From assembly GCA_905178155.1 (NCBI GenBank), contig CAJINV010000006.1, positions 4,579,795 to 4,643,794 on the forward strand: a stretch of 64,000 nucleotides of DNA. Reading direction: 5' to 3'. Source of the DNA: Amoebophrya sp. A120. Taxonomy: Eukaryota; Protista; Dinoflagellata. This document shows positions 25,150 through 39,200 of this stretch, piece by piece. The translations under genes were made by a program, and so were the position numbers. Under the pieces are notes generated by a model that was not told the origin of the DNA, did not search any database, and saw only the letters and a program-made list of their open reading frames with translations. Each line of letters starts with the position of its first letter. Positions within the stretch are counted from its first letter, which is position 1.

Positions 25150-26600
25150 ATGTTTCGTGTCCTAGTTGAAGGGCCCGGGGCGGTGTTCTTCTTCGTCGAC
25201 GGCGCTTTTTTCGGGCGGCGGACGACCACGAGTCCCCTATCAAGCCCGCGACCTTGCTGTGGTCCTCGCAGAACTCTATACAGGGGCAGGGACGTTGAAG
25301 GGGGGGCGCCCTTGTGGCGCGGCGAGGCGACGGAGAAGGCCGGCAGATTTGTAAAGTCGGAGGCCTGGCCTCGCGCCCGCTTGGAGGACGGCGCCCGCCT
25401 GCTGGCCAAATAAATTTGGGAAACCGCCCTCCTCCGGCGCGCTGACTTGTAACCCGGGGCGGCCGGAAATCGTGGACAGCCCGCGGAGGTGCCCCGGCGG
25501 TGCCCGGCCGTCCTTTTCTTTGGCGCGGCGGCTTCGGTGGCGGAGATGTTGCATGGCGGTAGCCCCAGTAGGGGGCTTTGGGTTCGGTCATTGGATTGGA
25601 ACCGAACTCATTGCAGTCGCCGCTGTGAGCAATTTGCGCGTGCGCCAACTACGCACTGCCCGGGCATTGCCTCCGGTGGCGCGGGGGAAAAGTTGGCCGC
25701 GGGTGGAATGGCGCGGCAGGCACATGCAACCCAGCCCGCTGCCGGCGCCGCCGGCCCGGCCGAACGCGTTGCGCGCGTTTCTCGGCGGGGGCGCGCGGCG
25801 CTGCGCGTCTGAATAAAAGGGGGCCCGCTGCGCGGTTGGGGCGGAGGGCCCGCCCTAAGAAACAGACGGCGCCAGTCCCCGCCCAAGCGCAGGCCCCAAT
25901 AATCCTCAAACACCGCGCGCGCGTGGCCCCTGTCTGATTGTCTGCCGGGCGCCCGGGCCGGGGGAGCGAGCGAGGAACAGTGACACCGACAAGCCCTAGC
26001 CGGTCCGCCTCTAGCGCGTCCGCCTGCGGCTGGCCGCTCGGCCCGCCTCGCTCTCCCCGTGCCCCCGCTCGCCGTTTGCGTTTGGGCGCGCGCGGTTTTA
26101 TTTTCCGTGGGCCGCCGCCCGCCCCGGTGCTTCTTAATTTATTTCCCGGCACGCTGGCGCCGGCCCGTCTCGCTTTGCTTGGGTTGCGCCAGGGTTGGGC
26201 GGTTTATTTTTGGGCCCGCGGCTGGGCTCCGCCATGCATTCGCGCCAAGCACCCTAGGGGCCGGCCCGCCAGCCCGGCCGGCGCCGGCGCCTTCCATATC
26301 CATCCTCCCACCCTGTATGTTGGCTCCGCCCCTTTCTTTGTTTCCGCGCCCGGCGGGCTACCCTGGGCCGCCAGCGCAGCCTTTTGGCGCGCCCGTACGC
26401 CGCCCGCCCTGTTCCTAGCCACGATGGGAGGGTATGGACATCCGCGGGGGCAGAGTTGGGTGGGTTTGCCGTGTGGGCGAACCGGCTGTCTACGATGGCG
26501 GCCAACTCCGGACCCCTATCCCTGTTGTGAGTTGATGTTGATTTATGACAGCCCCCATCAGCTCCGGGCCCGGTGTGGTCCGGAGAAGAATCGCCCTCAG
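25150..26600. other. Very GC-rich intergenic block, probably non-coding or TE-derived
   Basis: Compositional shift; spurious ORFs in all frames; boundaries approximate. Confidence 0.45.
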
Positions 26601-27245
26601 GTGTTCTGGATTGGTGTGGCGAAGATGATGCATTTTGTTCAGGAGATGTTTCATACAGGTTTGCCTGGATTTTTCTGCCCTTGTGCGTGCATGTGCTCTA
26701 TGTATGTGCGTGGAGCCGAAGCGGCCAAACTCATTCTCATCACTAAGTATTGTGCGGCGCGTTTATCTTGAGACGAGACACCCACAAAGTTGACAGCGAC
26801 AACTTCAATTTCAAAAATGCGTAGGCGATTTATCTCTACCACGATGTTGTAGTTGTTGGCGATGAAGGAGAAATGGCGCTGGTGCCATTCCCATCCTTAT
26901 CTCTTGATGTATTAACCACTCATTGATGATATCATATCTACTACCTCGAAAGCTCGTCAGCCTTAAGTTATTCATTTTCATTCTCATTGTCTTTTTAGCT
27001 AGACATAGACGCTGTTCATGTCAAACCCATTTTATACTTGTACCGAAGTTATTTCTTCAGTAGCCATTTTTGTTTCGTCCTGAAGATGTGCCACGACCTA
27101 CTAGTACTCTTTCAAGAAAATCACTTCATAACTCGAGAAAGAATTGTTGTATAAGAAGTAAAGAAGTAAACTGAATTTGAAATCGGAGAACGACTTCAAG
27201 AAGAACGTAAAAGATCTATAATAACCCACCACACGGCCCACCAAG

Positions 27246-30200
27246 ATGCCCAGCAAGAAAGCGCAGTCCGGGATGAACAAGGCGCCAGCACAGGCTGGTA
27301 CTAGTTCCGCGAAAGTTCCACCAGCACAGGCTGGCGGTAACAAGCACCAGCCAGCAGCCCCGCCTGCACGCTCCGGCTCGGCGAAAAATACTAGCAAAGG
27401 CGATGCAACTACTGCTGGACGCAGCAGCTCCAAACCCACCACCACGACCACGTCAAATGGTGGTGGTGGAAACAAAAACACTACTAGTGCCACTTCTGTT
27501 GTTTCTACCGGGATGAAGAAGAACGACACCGTAGGTGCCACTACAACCTCCAAGGCTGCAAACAATATTAAGAGCACGACCTCCACCTCCGCAAACACCA
27601 AGAACACTCCTGGTAAAAATGCCGGTTCGGGAGGCTCTGCTGTTTTTGTGAAAAAGAACAATAACAAACAGCAGAAGAACCACGGCAAGAACGGGAACGC
27701 GGCGGCATCTGCATCTGGTAGTGGTACCGCTACGGCTACGGCTTCGGCCAACAAAAAAAACCAACCCGCTGCTGGAGGAAGTGCCACGGCAGCTGGTGGT
27801 GCTCCTGTTAATACCGTGATGAAGGCCGCTTCGAAGGACAAAGCCGCTGCTCTCGGGGGTGCATCGGCGACAGCAGCTGCTGCTTCTGCTGGTAACAAAA
27901 ACACGAAGAAGAATGACGCATCGAAAAACCAAAATCTTCCCACAACTTCAACTTTTGGCGCAGCGTCGATCATCGGGCCGTCCTCGGGAGTAGTAGGAGT
28001 TCCTGCAGGTGGTCCGATTTCGAAAAACAACAACAAGAAAATTATGCCGTGTAAGTCCGCGAAAGCCGCTGCTCTCGACACGAAAGACACTTTGATCAAG
28101 GTTCCGCCGTTTGGAGCTGTGGATGTAATGAACAATGGAAAAAATAATCATAATGCTGGTGTTCAACATCTCAACAAAAAATCTCTTTCCAAAGACAGTG
28201 CCACCAGCAGTGCTTCTGGAGGAGGTGTCGCAGCCGCGGGGGCTGCCGCACGACCCGCTGTTGTGATGAAGAAGAACAAGACGCCGCCCCCACAGAAGAA
28301 ACAGCAATCTTTGACGGGTGGTAAGAATGCCAGTTGTACATCTGTGCAGAAACAGACCTCCAAGTCCTCTTCTGTCAACAAAGCCGGCGGGGGAGAGAAT
28401 GAAAAACGAGTGGCTCAAGAAGACGAAGAAATGCACTCTCCCTCGGCGAAGCGTGCGAAGAAACAGCAACCGCAACTACTACCCGGTCAAGAACATCACC
28501 AGCAGAGCCAGAAGAATGTGGATGCAAGCAAGAAGAGTTTCTTAGTCCTGAACGCGGTATCCTGTGCAAAAGCATCGTACTCGTATAAATGCAAGTCTTG
28601 CATTACAAATCTTGACTCCAAGGGCAAGGCAAATCTGCATTACAAATCTCATTTCTCATGCTGAGGAAATTTGTAATGCATCTATACGAATACGATACTT
28701 TTGCAATGCATACGCGGATGTTTTAAACGGCGAAATCGTTCCGCCTTCGCCGCACCAGCAGAAATTGGCAAAGGTTTTGCACGCCGTGAACTCCAATGCG
28801 GAAAACCCGGATTTCGGGGATGTGTTAGAAGAAAATGCGCTGAAGCCGCAGGCGAAATTGGGTTCTGTTGGTGCGACGAAAAATAACAGTAGCAGTACTA
28901 ATGCTGGGCTAACATCTTCTGCTGGAGCTGGTGTTGGGCCTGCTGCTTCTGGTAAAAAGAAAAATAACGGTAAAAACAAAAACTCCAAAGGAGGAAATAA
29001 GGCTCCTGCAGCGAAGAAGAACGGAAAACAACTGCCCGTCGCCGGTAAGGAACAACTCCTGCAGGGTGCTGGTCCTACTCTGAAGCAGAACCAAAAGAGC
29101 AAAAAAGCCGCGAGTATGAACAAAAATAAGAAGAAAACGAACAACAAAAAAGTGACTTTTGAGGAGAACAGCGACAGTGGCAACGCCGCAGCTAAAAATA
29201 TGAATAAATCGAGCAACGCCGACCAAGACGGAGCGCCGGAATCACCCTCCTCTTCCGATGAAAATAGTAGTGAAGATGAGAAAGAAGTACATGTACAAGA
29301 TACTAAAAATGCAGGGAAGATGAGCAAGAAAAAAACCGAAAAAAAGCCCGAACATCAAACCTCCGAGGAGGACGAGCCGGAGGTTGTCGAAGTAGAGATT
29401 ACGTTACCCGAAAACATCCGGCGCCACTTCCGGGAGATGCGGACGAGACTGATTCCCCGAACCCCGTTTGCGTACCAGTACGTGACGGACTTAAAGATGG
29501 GAAAAGTGAAGCCACTGTATGCCGATCCGATATGCATTGCAAAAGTATCGTACTCTAGTAGAAATCGCATGACAAATTCTCTCAGCATGACAAGAAGAAT
29601 TTGTAATGCAGGTTTACCATAAGAAGGGAATTTGTAATGCATGAGTGCGAATATTACTACGAGTGCGATACTTTTGCAGAGGATGTCCGAACGTGGACTA
29701 CAAGGATAAAGCGGTGTTGAAGTGCGTGATTCCGTATCCACAGTTGAAATTTTATTCCGTACTACACGTACTACAAATGCGGTTTCTGCATGAGAAAAAT
29801 CGCCTTTGTGTCCTGTTTTGCGCATGACAAGTTTTTGGCGAAGTTTGTCATGCATTTTGTATGTCGTCGTGTAGGGGAAAAATAAATTTGTACTTCTGCA
29901 TACGCCGGCTTGGATGTACGAGTTTGGGCCAGAGGGAAACCCGAATAAAGACAAGGAAGACGAAAGCAGCGACAGCGATAGCGACGAGGGGAGGATGAGC
30001 CAAGAGGTGGAACAACACTACAAGCTGCTTATTCAGGACACCTCTACAACTACCGCCCCCGCGGTTGTAGTTCCCTCTACTGAGGAAAAGGCGAACCAAG
30101 CGCGCGTGGCCGCCCTGGAACAGCAGCAGCACGGCGAAAACGAAAAGAAGGCTCCCTCTGATTCCTCTGCGGTCATCTTGAACGCGATGGAGATGTTGAC

Positions 30201-33200
30201 GGGAGAGCAGAAACAGGGTATTGAACGAGTATGGGTTTTGTTGACGGAAATTCATTTTGGGGCTAAAACTGAACGCTCATAGTTGTACTCTAATTAGTGC
30301 TGATTTATCAAGAAGAAGATAAACTGCACGATTACGCATAGTACGATCAACACTGAACTGCAACAGCACAGATATCAGCCATAATTTACAAAGGTGAAGC
30401 TGCTATCCCCTTCGTGGACCACAGTACTAGCACGACCCCCGGGGCCGCCGTCGGCCACGCCCTGCTGGGTCGAAATGCCAGCAAGGATTCAAACCTCTCG
30501 AAGACCTCCTCCCGTATCCTGTGCAAAAGTGTCGTACTTGCAGTAATCGCAGTGATGCATGACAGATCCGCTATCTTAGGGAAATCAGCATTACAAATTC
30601 CACTTTCCTTCTAGGCAAAATTTGTCATGCAGTCTATACTAGTGCGATACTTAGTTTTGCAATGCATATCCCGTCCCTACGAACTAAACGAGTACTTGGC
30701 CCAGATTCTCGACCGGACGGCGGAGTTGTTGCAGCAAGACGATGATTATCCTGTGCAAAAGTATCGTACTCGTATTGTAATCATGCATTACAAATCTTTT
30801 TCTTAAGGTAAATCTGCATTACAAATTTTTATTTCTCTTGCTGAGAAAAAATGCATTTATACGAGTACGATACTTCTTTTGCACTGCATAATGATCAGAA
30901 CAATGCTATGCAGAAGGAGAATTTCGAATTGTTGGTGAAGCAGAAGCTGCAGAAGATCTTCGACGAAGAAATGAAGCCGAAATTCAACGAGAATTCGAAG
31001 TACACGACCGTTGGCTCCGGGGAGAACTTCCTACTCCGAACGAAAACCCTGTACGACTTGCTCGCCATGTTTCCTGACTTTGTGATGGAGTACACGTTCA
31101 CCGAATACAACACCTGGTCCAATGAGAAGCTGCGGAGACGGTTATGCAATGCAAAAGTATCGCACTAGTATGAGTTGCATTACAAATTAGCCCCCATGTT
31201 GACAAATTCAATTTGTAATGCTGATTTACTTTGAGAAAGAGACTTGTAATGCGTAAACGCAATTACTACGAGTGCGATACTTTTGCAACTCATAACGGTT
31301 GCCCTTCGAGATGAAACTCCAAACCGCGGTGGCCATTTCTGTTGGGGAATTGTCACGGGACTTGACGAAGAAGATGAAGGAAGAAACTTGCGTTTTGGAA
31401 AAGAAGGTGGATATTGGAAGCAGTGTTGGTTCTTTGGCGGGACAGAAGATGAAAAACGGAGATAATGCTATGGAAATGGACGTGGACCAGGAAGGAGATG
31501 TGAAGATTAACACTGGTACCAGCACAACCGAAAACAAGAAAACGACCACCATTTTTAACGGCACTTCGTCCAGTGCTACGGATGAACAAGCGGAGAACAT
31601 TATGGAAGCGTCAGGTTTGAAATCGACAAAGTTGAAATGATTTGAATTCGTCATGCATAAAATGGATACCAGTTGGAAGCCCAATTTCCAAGCGGCGCAT
31701 GACAAATTTTCGGAGCACCGGAGTCCAATTTGTCATGCTGTTGTGGCACAGAAGACTGCTTTTGTCATGCTTCTTCAGCAGCTCTATCCCAAACCCTAAA
31801 TAGGCTCATAATCTGCCTCGATTGCCATCCCTGCAAGTGAGGCACTCCATGTCTTGCAATTTATGCATGAGGAATTATTTCGACTTTGACGAAGATTTCA
31901 ATCCTGACGCTCCCATAAACATGAAGACCGACACGAAGAAAAACTCCTCCAAATTCAAGCGCGGGCGCGGCGCAGCGGGAGCGGCGTCTCAGATGTTGAT
32001 GAACAAGATCGCGGAGGAAGGTAACAAGCAGTTGCACGTAGTTCCCCCCTTCGGGGCCAACAAGACGAAGCACGGACTGCAGCTCGCGGTGTCGCACAAT
32101 ACTGTTGCGGGACTACAACAATTCGTTGCAGATCCTTCTGCTCTTGGCGTTCTTCTTCCCAAGCCGTCCTCCGCTCAAGAACATCATCTACTCCCGGGAC
32201 CGCGCGCGGGGAAGAAAAATTACATGGCTGGGTCGGTTCCTTTGTCCTCTGCGCCGGGGGTCACTGGCACCGGCGGACCTGTTGTAGCAGCTTCCACCAC
32301 GACGACCACGACTTCTCTCAAGCGGCCGCCGCCCGTGCTTGTGCCGCACAACAAGGGGAAGGGAAAGGGTGCCACTGCCGCGGCTGCTGGTACTGTCCCT
32401 GTCGCGGGGGCGATGTTGCCGTGTTCCGGGACGACGGCGGGTGGTGGTCCTGCTCAAAAATTAGGGCCTGCTGTGCTGGAAGCTGCTCCTGCCGGGAAAG
32501 AACTTGTTCATCTGCAAGGCGATTTAGTAGAACAGGTCCACGACGAAGATGCTGATGCTGTATCAAATCATGTAAAAATGTCTGGGTCTGGAAGATTCTG
32601 ACACTTGTCATGCACGTTTTGCATTAGCCCTGATGTCTGTGATGCATGCCCTAGCATCACAGATTTTTTGAGAGCTTCTTGATGCCTATTCCGCATGACA
32701 AATGCCCTCTCCGCGTAGCAAAAATTACATTCCCTTTGGTACTCATGCAATACAGATTTTTTTGGAATCCAAATGCAGCATCACAAGTTGCATTCTTCCA
32801 GACCCAGACATTTTTACATTTGATATGCTGATGACGAAGACGAACTACAGGGTCCGTCTGCGAAGAAGATGAAAAAAACTCGGCGTTCCAGCAACACCGG
32901 TGCAGCAACTACGCTAACCAAGATGAAGATGAAAAACGCGTCTGCTGGGCAACAGCAGCACGGCAAATCTACGAAGAACAAGCGGAGGTCTTCTGTTGGG
33001 ATCGACGTGCCCTCTGTGATGACGGCTATCGAGGAAAAGCTCCACAATCCGCGACTGTCTCTCGAACGTGACTTACAGCTGAACAACCCGATTCGCAATT
33101 CCACCGATTACCAAATTGATTGGAACAACCTGGGCACGATGAGAAACGTCACCAAGCAGTTCGATTCCCTCTGTCACAACCTGCTATTGTCGTCCAACAA

Positions 33201-36200
33201 CAGTATCAATAAAACTTCTGGAACAACAGCAGGCGTTTCTTCGATTGTTGAGTTAGTCCCGGGGACCACCATCAACTTCGCGCACGAACTTGTTGGTTTC
33301 TCGACGTTTTTGCTCCGGGGACAGACTGTGAAGAAATTCTGTGCCGAATCGGACGAATCCGCGGTGGGGTATTCCGTTTTGGTCACGCACATCTGCGGGG
33401 TACCGACGAAGAAAACTTCGGTTCCGATGGATCTGTTCAACGATTTTCTGCCGAAAAAAAGCCAGATGGAGGTTCCGCAAATGCTGGAGAACCTGTTACT
33501 CCGAAACGAGAAGCACTTCTTATTGCTGCCGGTTGAAGCGATTCTAAACGTGATTGTCGCTCTGGAGACCGTACGCATTGCAAATATGTCTGGGTCTGGA
33601 AAGCGCCAGGCTTGTCATGCATGTTTTGCATGACTCATAATGCCTGCAATGCATCGCCTAGCATCATATGTAGTGAGGTCACCGAACGGTTCTAACCGGG
33701 GAGTTTTTTTGACACCCAGCCAGCAAAACGACCGGCAGTTTTCAAGCGGCCGAAAGCGTTTTTTGACATAAAAAATTTTCAATTATCAAGCGGGTGGGGC
33801 TTTGATATCAAACAAGCCCGGTCGAAAACTATCGATTCGCACTTGATAAAACGACGCAGGGGAGCCGGCAAAAGGGGCGCCCTTCTGAGGAGCCCACCGC
33901 CTTAGTTCCTGGCGATTTGGGGCGCCCAAAAAGAGGCGCGCAAAAAGCGCGCCCAAAATCAGAACAGCGAAACAGCATGGCACGGCCGCGATTTCGAAGC
34001 ATTTTGGGCGGCCGCGAAAGCGGCCGCCTTTTCGCCGGTTTCAGAGCCTGGAGAGCTTTGCAAAAAGCGCCGGCGTGAAAAATAAAAACGCAAAAGGGAA
34101 AAAGCGCGCCACACGCGCAAAGCCAACCCGCATGCTACGGGCCCGATTTTTCTTCGCTTTTTGGGCGCCCCCCGTGGCGCCCGGATCGGCCCCATAGCAT
34201 GGGGGCTCGCTTTCGGAAAGGAATTTTGGAAATGTGCCAAAATTTGTGATGTTTCTCAAGTGACCGCCATGCCGTGCGGCATAACGTTACTCGCGGCGGT
34301 ATGGCGAGCCCAGAAAAAGCAAAACCGCGGCCAAGGCGGCGGGCGGAAAAAAAAACGCCCACGACCTCACTACCCCCGCCCCGGCGGCTATATTTGGCAG
34401 ATTTTTAGCAGGCTTCCTGATGCTATTTTTCCGCGTGACAAATGCCCTTCCCGCGTAGCACAAACTGGACTCCTCTTGTTGTTGGTCATGCACTACAGAT
34501 TTTTTTGGAATCCAAAGTTAGCATCACAAGTTCCAACTTTCCAGACCCAGACATTTTTGCAGAGGATAAACCGCGCAGCGGCCGGAGAACTTTCTGTACT
34601 CGTGTGTGGCTCGGTTGCTTCCGGTCCGGTTTAGCCTGGACGAGGCGAAACGGGAGAAATTGTTCAAGGACATCACGTATCCTGTGCAAAAGTATCGTAC
34701 TCGTAGTAATTGCAGTCATGCATTGCAAATTTTCTTCTCAAGGTAAATTCGCATTACAAATTTTCTTGCCCATGCTGAGGAAATTTGTAATGCATTTATA
34801 CGAGTGCGACACTTTTGCAATTCATATCACGGTTGACAACGCGGAATTTCTGGGAAAATTGATGCGCAAGTTTGCGCGGAAGATGCACGGGAATGAGAAC
34901 GTCAAGAAGTGGTTTGATCAGCTGCAGTTGGTGCTCCCTCTGGCGGTGTACGACAAAATTGATCCGCCGAGCAGCCCGAAAGATTTGATGGTGGACGAGG
35001 AGAACGACGCCGGTAGTCCGAGTGTGGTGTCATTTGATGTTGCTGGTGGAAAAGTCCTCGGTGGAAAGGGAGAAGGAGTTGTCGAAGATGACATCTTCAA
35101 GGGTAAAAACACCACTACCACTACCACGACGACCACGAACGCAATGCTCTTGACTACCGCGACTTCTACCGCTCCTGCTGCGGAAAAAAAGGAGGCGATT
35201 GAACAAGCGACGGCTCCGGCCCCGGCGGGCGGTCAAGATCGCATGGCTCTCTGCTCGACCGGACCACCTCCCGGTGGAGTTTTTGACGAGAAGCAAGAGA
35301 AAGATGATGTTGACAAAAAACCGATTTTTACTTCCGCTGCTGTTGCTGCTGAAGCGGAGGAGAAAATTAGTACAACTGGAATGAAGAAGATTGACGAGAA
35401 GATGGAAGACAATTTTGCTGAGGCGATGGAGTTGAAAACCGAAACTATGATGGCAGTAGTTGAAAAGGACAAGATCGAAGACGAAACTGTGGATGATATC
35501 AAAACGGATGTTAAAAATCTAGCAAGCGCTAAAAATACTTTTACGGGTAATAAACAGAGTAGTGATTTCGATTTGATTTTTGGGAACTACAAGCAGGACG
35601 ACGACGAATGTAGGCCCTAAAAAATCCATCTCTACGCCCATCTTTTCAAAATTTGCTCTACCGGTTTGCCGCCATTTCGTTGCATTCTCATACATAAAGC
35701 TCCTCGAGCAGCTCGACCGCAGACCCTGGCTGGCCATATTGCCTGACAGATTTTCCGGGTCTTGTTTTTCTTTTTGCAGCTTGGTGGAGGAGTGTGGTAG
35801 GAGTTGCGAGGCCAACGCGTCATGCACAGCTCCGCGACATGCAGAAACAAGAACAAAACCGGGAGAATGCATTCACTCGGCCGAGAAAGAAGTTGACAAG
35901 ATGCAGCCACGCAAGTTGCCCATCTTTTCAACTTTGAAAGCTATCAAATTTTGAAAAGATGGTCTTTCTGCATCTTTTCAAATTTTGATACGTGGCTGCT
36001 CACTTTCCAAATTTTGAAAAGATGCTGAAGAAACATCTTTTCAAAATTTGACAACCCGAGCAGCGCAAATATCAAATTTTGAAAAGATGCTCTTTCTGCA
36101 TCTTTTCAAATTTTGATTGATAGGTGGCTGCTCACTCTCCAAATTTTGAAAAGATGCTGAAGGAGACATCTTTTCAAAATTTGACAACCTCAATAACGCA

Positions 36201-39200
36201 AGCACTTGCTTTGTTGAGGTTGTCAAATTTTGAAAAGATGTTTCCTTCAGCATCTTTTCAAAATTTGACAACCTTTTTGACAACCCCTTTGATGAGGTCT
36301 CCCAAGAGGCTATTAACTTAACCTAATCCGCATGGTATGGTGGATTTTGATGAACCTATTTGGGAACCTCTTTGGTGCGCCTAGACAGAGAATTGTTGAC
36401 GAAAGTCCAAGGCTTTGACTTGCGCCCCAGCTGGCGGGTCGCCAGATGGTAAGCAAAGCCGTGCCTCTGGCGACATTTGTTTGCTTGCTTCTTTTGTGGC
36501 TCCGAAGATTGCGAAGATGCCCCCTCAGCAAGTTTGCGAATTTTGAAAGCCACGCAGAAGAGTAGGCTGCTCACCCTTTCCGCGGCTGTCGAAATTTGAA
36601 AAGATGCGCTGGTAGTATCTTTTCAAATTTTGGAAGCCACAGAAGACTGAGCTGTCCTCCCTTTGCGTGGTTTCTCAAATTTGAAAAGATGTTCCTTCTG
36701 CATCTTTTCAAATCCTGAAAACCACAGCACAGCCAGCTACCCTCCTCGTCTGCGGCATGTAAAATTTGAAAAGATGCTCCTTCAGCATCTTTTCGAATCT
36801 TGGCAACCTCAGGACACAAAACGAATCGGCTCTTCTGCGGCTTCGAAGATTGAAAAGATGCTCCTTTAGCATCTTTTCAAATTTTGAAAACCACAGACGA
36901 GTAAGCCGACCCCGTCTTCTGCGGCTTCAAAAATTGAAAAGATGCTCCTTCAGCATCTTTTCAAATTTTGAAAAGCACAGAAGAGCAGGCGACCCTCCTC
37001 TTTTGCGCCTTTTGAAATTCGAAAAGATGTTCCTTCAGCATCTTTTCAAATCCTGGAAACCACAGAAGAGTAAACTGCTCGGGTCTCTTGTGGCTTCGTT
37101 ATGGAAAAGATGCTCCTTCAGCATCTTTTCAAATTTTCCAGGTCAAAGGCCACGCGCTTCAGATTTGATTGGGAACTACAAGCAGGACGACGACGAAGCC
37201 CGCTACATTGCATACCGAATGAACTACCTAGCTTCTTCGCAGCACTTCTCAGTGGCTAAAGTCGGAGCTACCCGGCGCTGCTGCTCCACGGACTTGCCTC
37301 GGAGCGCCCCTGCAGCCTGGAGGTGCTGCAGCAGGTCCTCCTGCTGTCCAGCCGCTAGACAATGGGCCTCAATCTGTGCAGGTCGGTCGGAGCCAAGGGC
37401 GCAAATGCAACCGGCCGCGGCTGCGTTTCCACTTGTTTCTAATGTCGCGCAGCCGTGCGCGCGTGTTCCGGCAGGCGCGCGCGCCTTTTGCCTTTGCGGC
37501 TCGTTCTTGAAAATGCGAAAGGCCAGAGAGCCTTTCGGAAAGGCTTCCCGGAGGGGTTCCGGGACCCCTTTTGGGGAGGGGTAGCACCATCGTGATTCGA
37601 AGAAAAAGCGATAGGCTTTTTTTTAGGGTTCCGGGCGCCCCTCCGGCCCTCCCTTTTTGGGAGGCCTCCGGAAAGACCTTCGCGGCCAACATATGCGTGT
37701 GGTACCCGCAAGAGACGACGACGCCAGGGCCTGTGTAGACATCTTGTGGAGCGTCTGCAGCCTCACACCCTAACCCAGGCCATAGCGGCAAATGGCTGCA
37801 CGGAGAAAGCAATCCGGAAAATGGAGCAATATACTGCGCGCGCCCGGCGCTTTCTAAGTGAAAACGCCAGCCACAAAAGAACCCTCTGTGCCTCGCCCTC
37901 CTCCGCGTCAATACTCACTTACCTACTAGAGCACTGCTGCTGACAAGCTAGCCAAAACAAACCGCGCTCGAGTCAGCCCCTCACTTGCGGGCACAGGTTT
38001 ACTAGCTTCGCGCCGCGAAAAAATGCGCGCAGAATTTTTTTTACGGTCTGAGGCAAATACAAGTTTGATGCCCCCATAGATTTCGATTTGATTGGGAACT
38101 ACAAGCAGGACGACGACGAATCTGTTTAGGCGCGGCGAATCGAGCTTCGCTGCGTTGGCCAGCTTTGCCCTGCTATAAACGGGGCCTGCCAGAATTCTGC
38201 CTCAGCAGCCTCGCGCCTATGGTGCGCGCACTGCCCGATGACAGATGGCGCCGTGGGGCACGTCAGGCGAGGGGGCCAACCCGCGGCGGGTTTCTCATCG
38301 CCATTCGGCTCGGGGCCGAAGGCGCGGGCCCTCCAACAATGCAGACCATAACGCGTGAACTGTGCGCGAATGATATCGGCGAAGTTGGAAAAAGGCCTGC
38401 ACCGCCCCGATTCTGCTTAGGGTTGCTGCCCATCAGGGCGCGCGATACACGGCAGCAGAGTGGGGCTCGTGCGAGCGCGGGCGGCGGTTGGATTATCAAC
38501 ACAGCCGCCTGCGACACGAATGGGTGGGGGCGGCGCGCTTCTGATTCAGCCCCCATTCCGGCCGTTCTGAATATAGGGCCGAATAGCCGCGCCAAGGAGC
38601 TTTCCTACCGCGCCGCGCGCCATCTTTCATGCCCCCGACCAATGGAGTGGGCTCTAAATCGTGCGCCCCCCCTTCAAGATTCGGCAGCCCAGGACATGTG
38701 GGCTTCGGTGCCTGCGCCCGGTGGTTTGGGGTGCAAAAGTGATTTGGTGGTCTGTTCTATGGTATTTGGGTGCGCTTTTTTGCCGTCCTACTTGGGGTTG
38801 GCTCACGTGAGCAAGTTTGCCGACGCGTCGGCTCCAAGCAATATGGGCGAAGCAGCCTAAAATCCAGCGGAGCGGCGATGGCGGAAGCGCTATGGCAATG
38901 TCATTGGCGCTCTTGCCGTCGCGCTCGGCAGCTTGCGAGCCTGGTGGCGCTGGCATGCCTCGCGGTGGTGCGCACTTTGGTCACATGGGCGCCCACCCGG
39001 AAAAAAAGGGCTTCTTCGTTTAATCAAGAAGCAATGCGGCCGACAAGGAGAGGCGGGCGCCTCGGTGCCCAACGTTCGGTGGGGATTGCGGCTCCTGCTT
39101 CAAGCTACTGAAAAAGTCGGGGTGTCGCGGTGACTTCTTCACAGAAAGAGCGCACACTAGTACAGCTCGCGCGATTTTTAAATTTAATTGTTGAGCCCGT

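Noticed and set aside
25133-26781. Possible TIR pair GTGTTCGTCTCGAAG / CTTGAGACGAGACAC bounding the GC block
   Set aside because: Short, gapped match with no TSD; could be chance.
27101-28135. Minus-strand ORFs (344 aa here; also 5292-6047 and 10280-11056)
   Set aside because: Antisense shadows of low-complexity + strand exons.
35949-37140. CRISPR array (palindromic repeats with variable spacers)
   Set aside because: Spacers are related to each other and self-complementary, repeat loops vary and flip, there are no cas genes, and the context is eukaryotic.
36766-37584. 272-aa ORF with KRCSFSIFSN repeats
   Set aside because: It is a translation of the 84-85-bp DNA repeat and crosses a cassette boundary.
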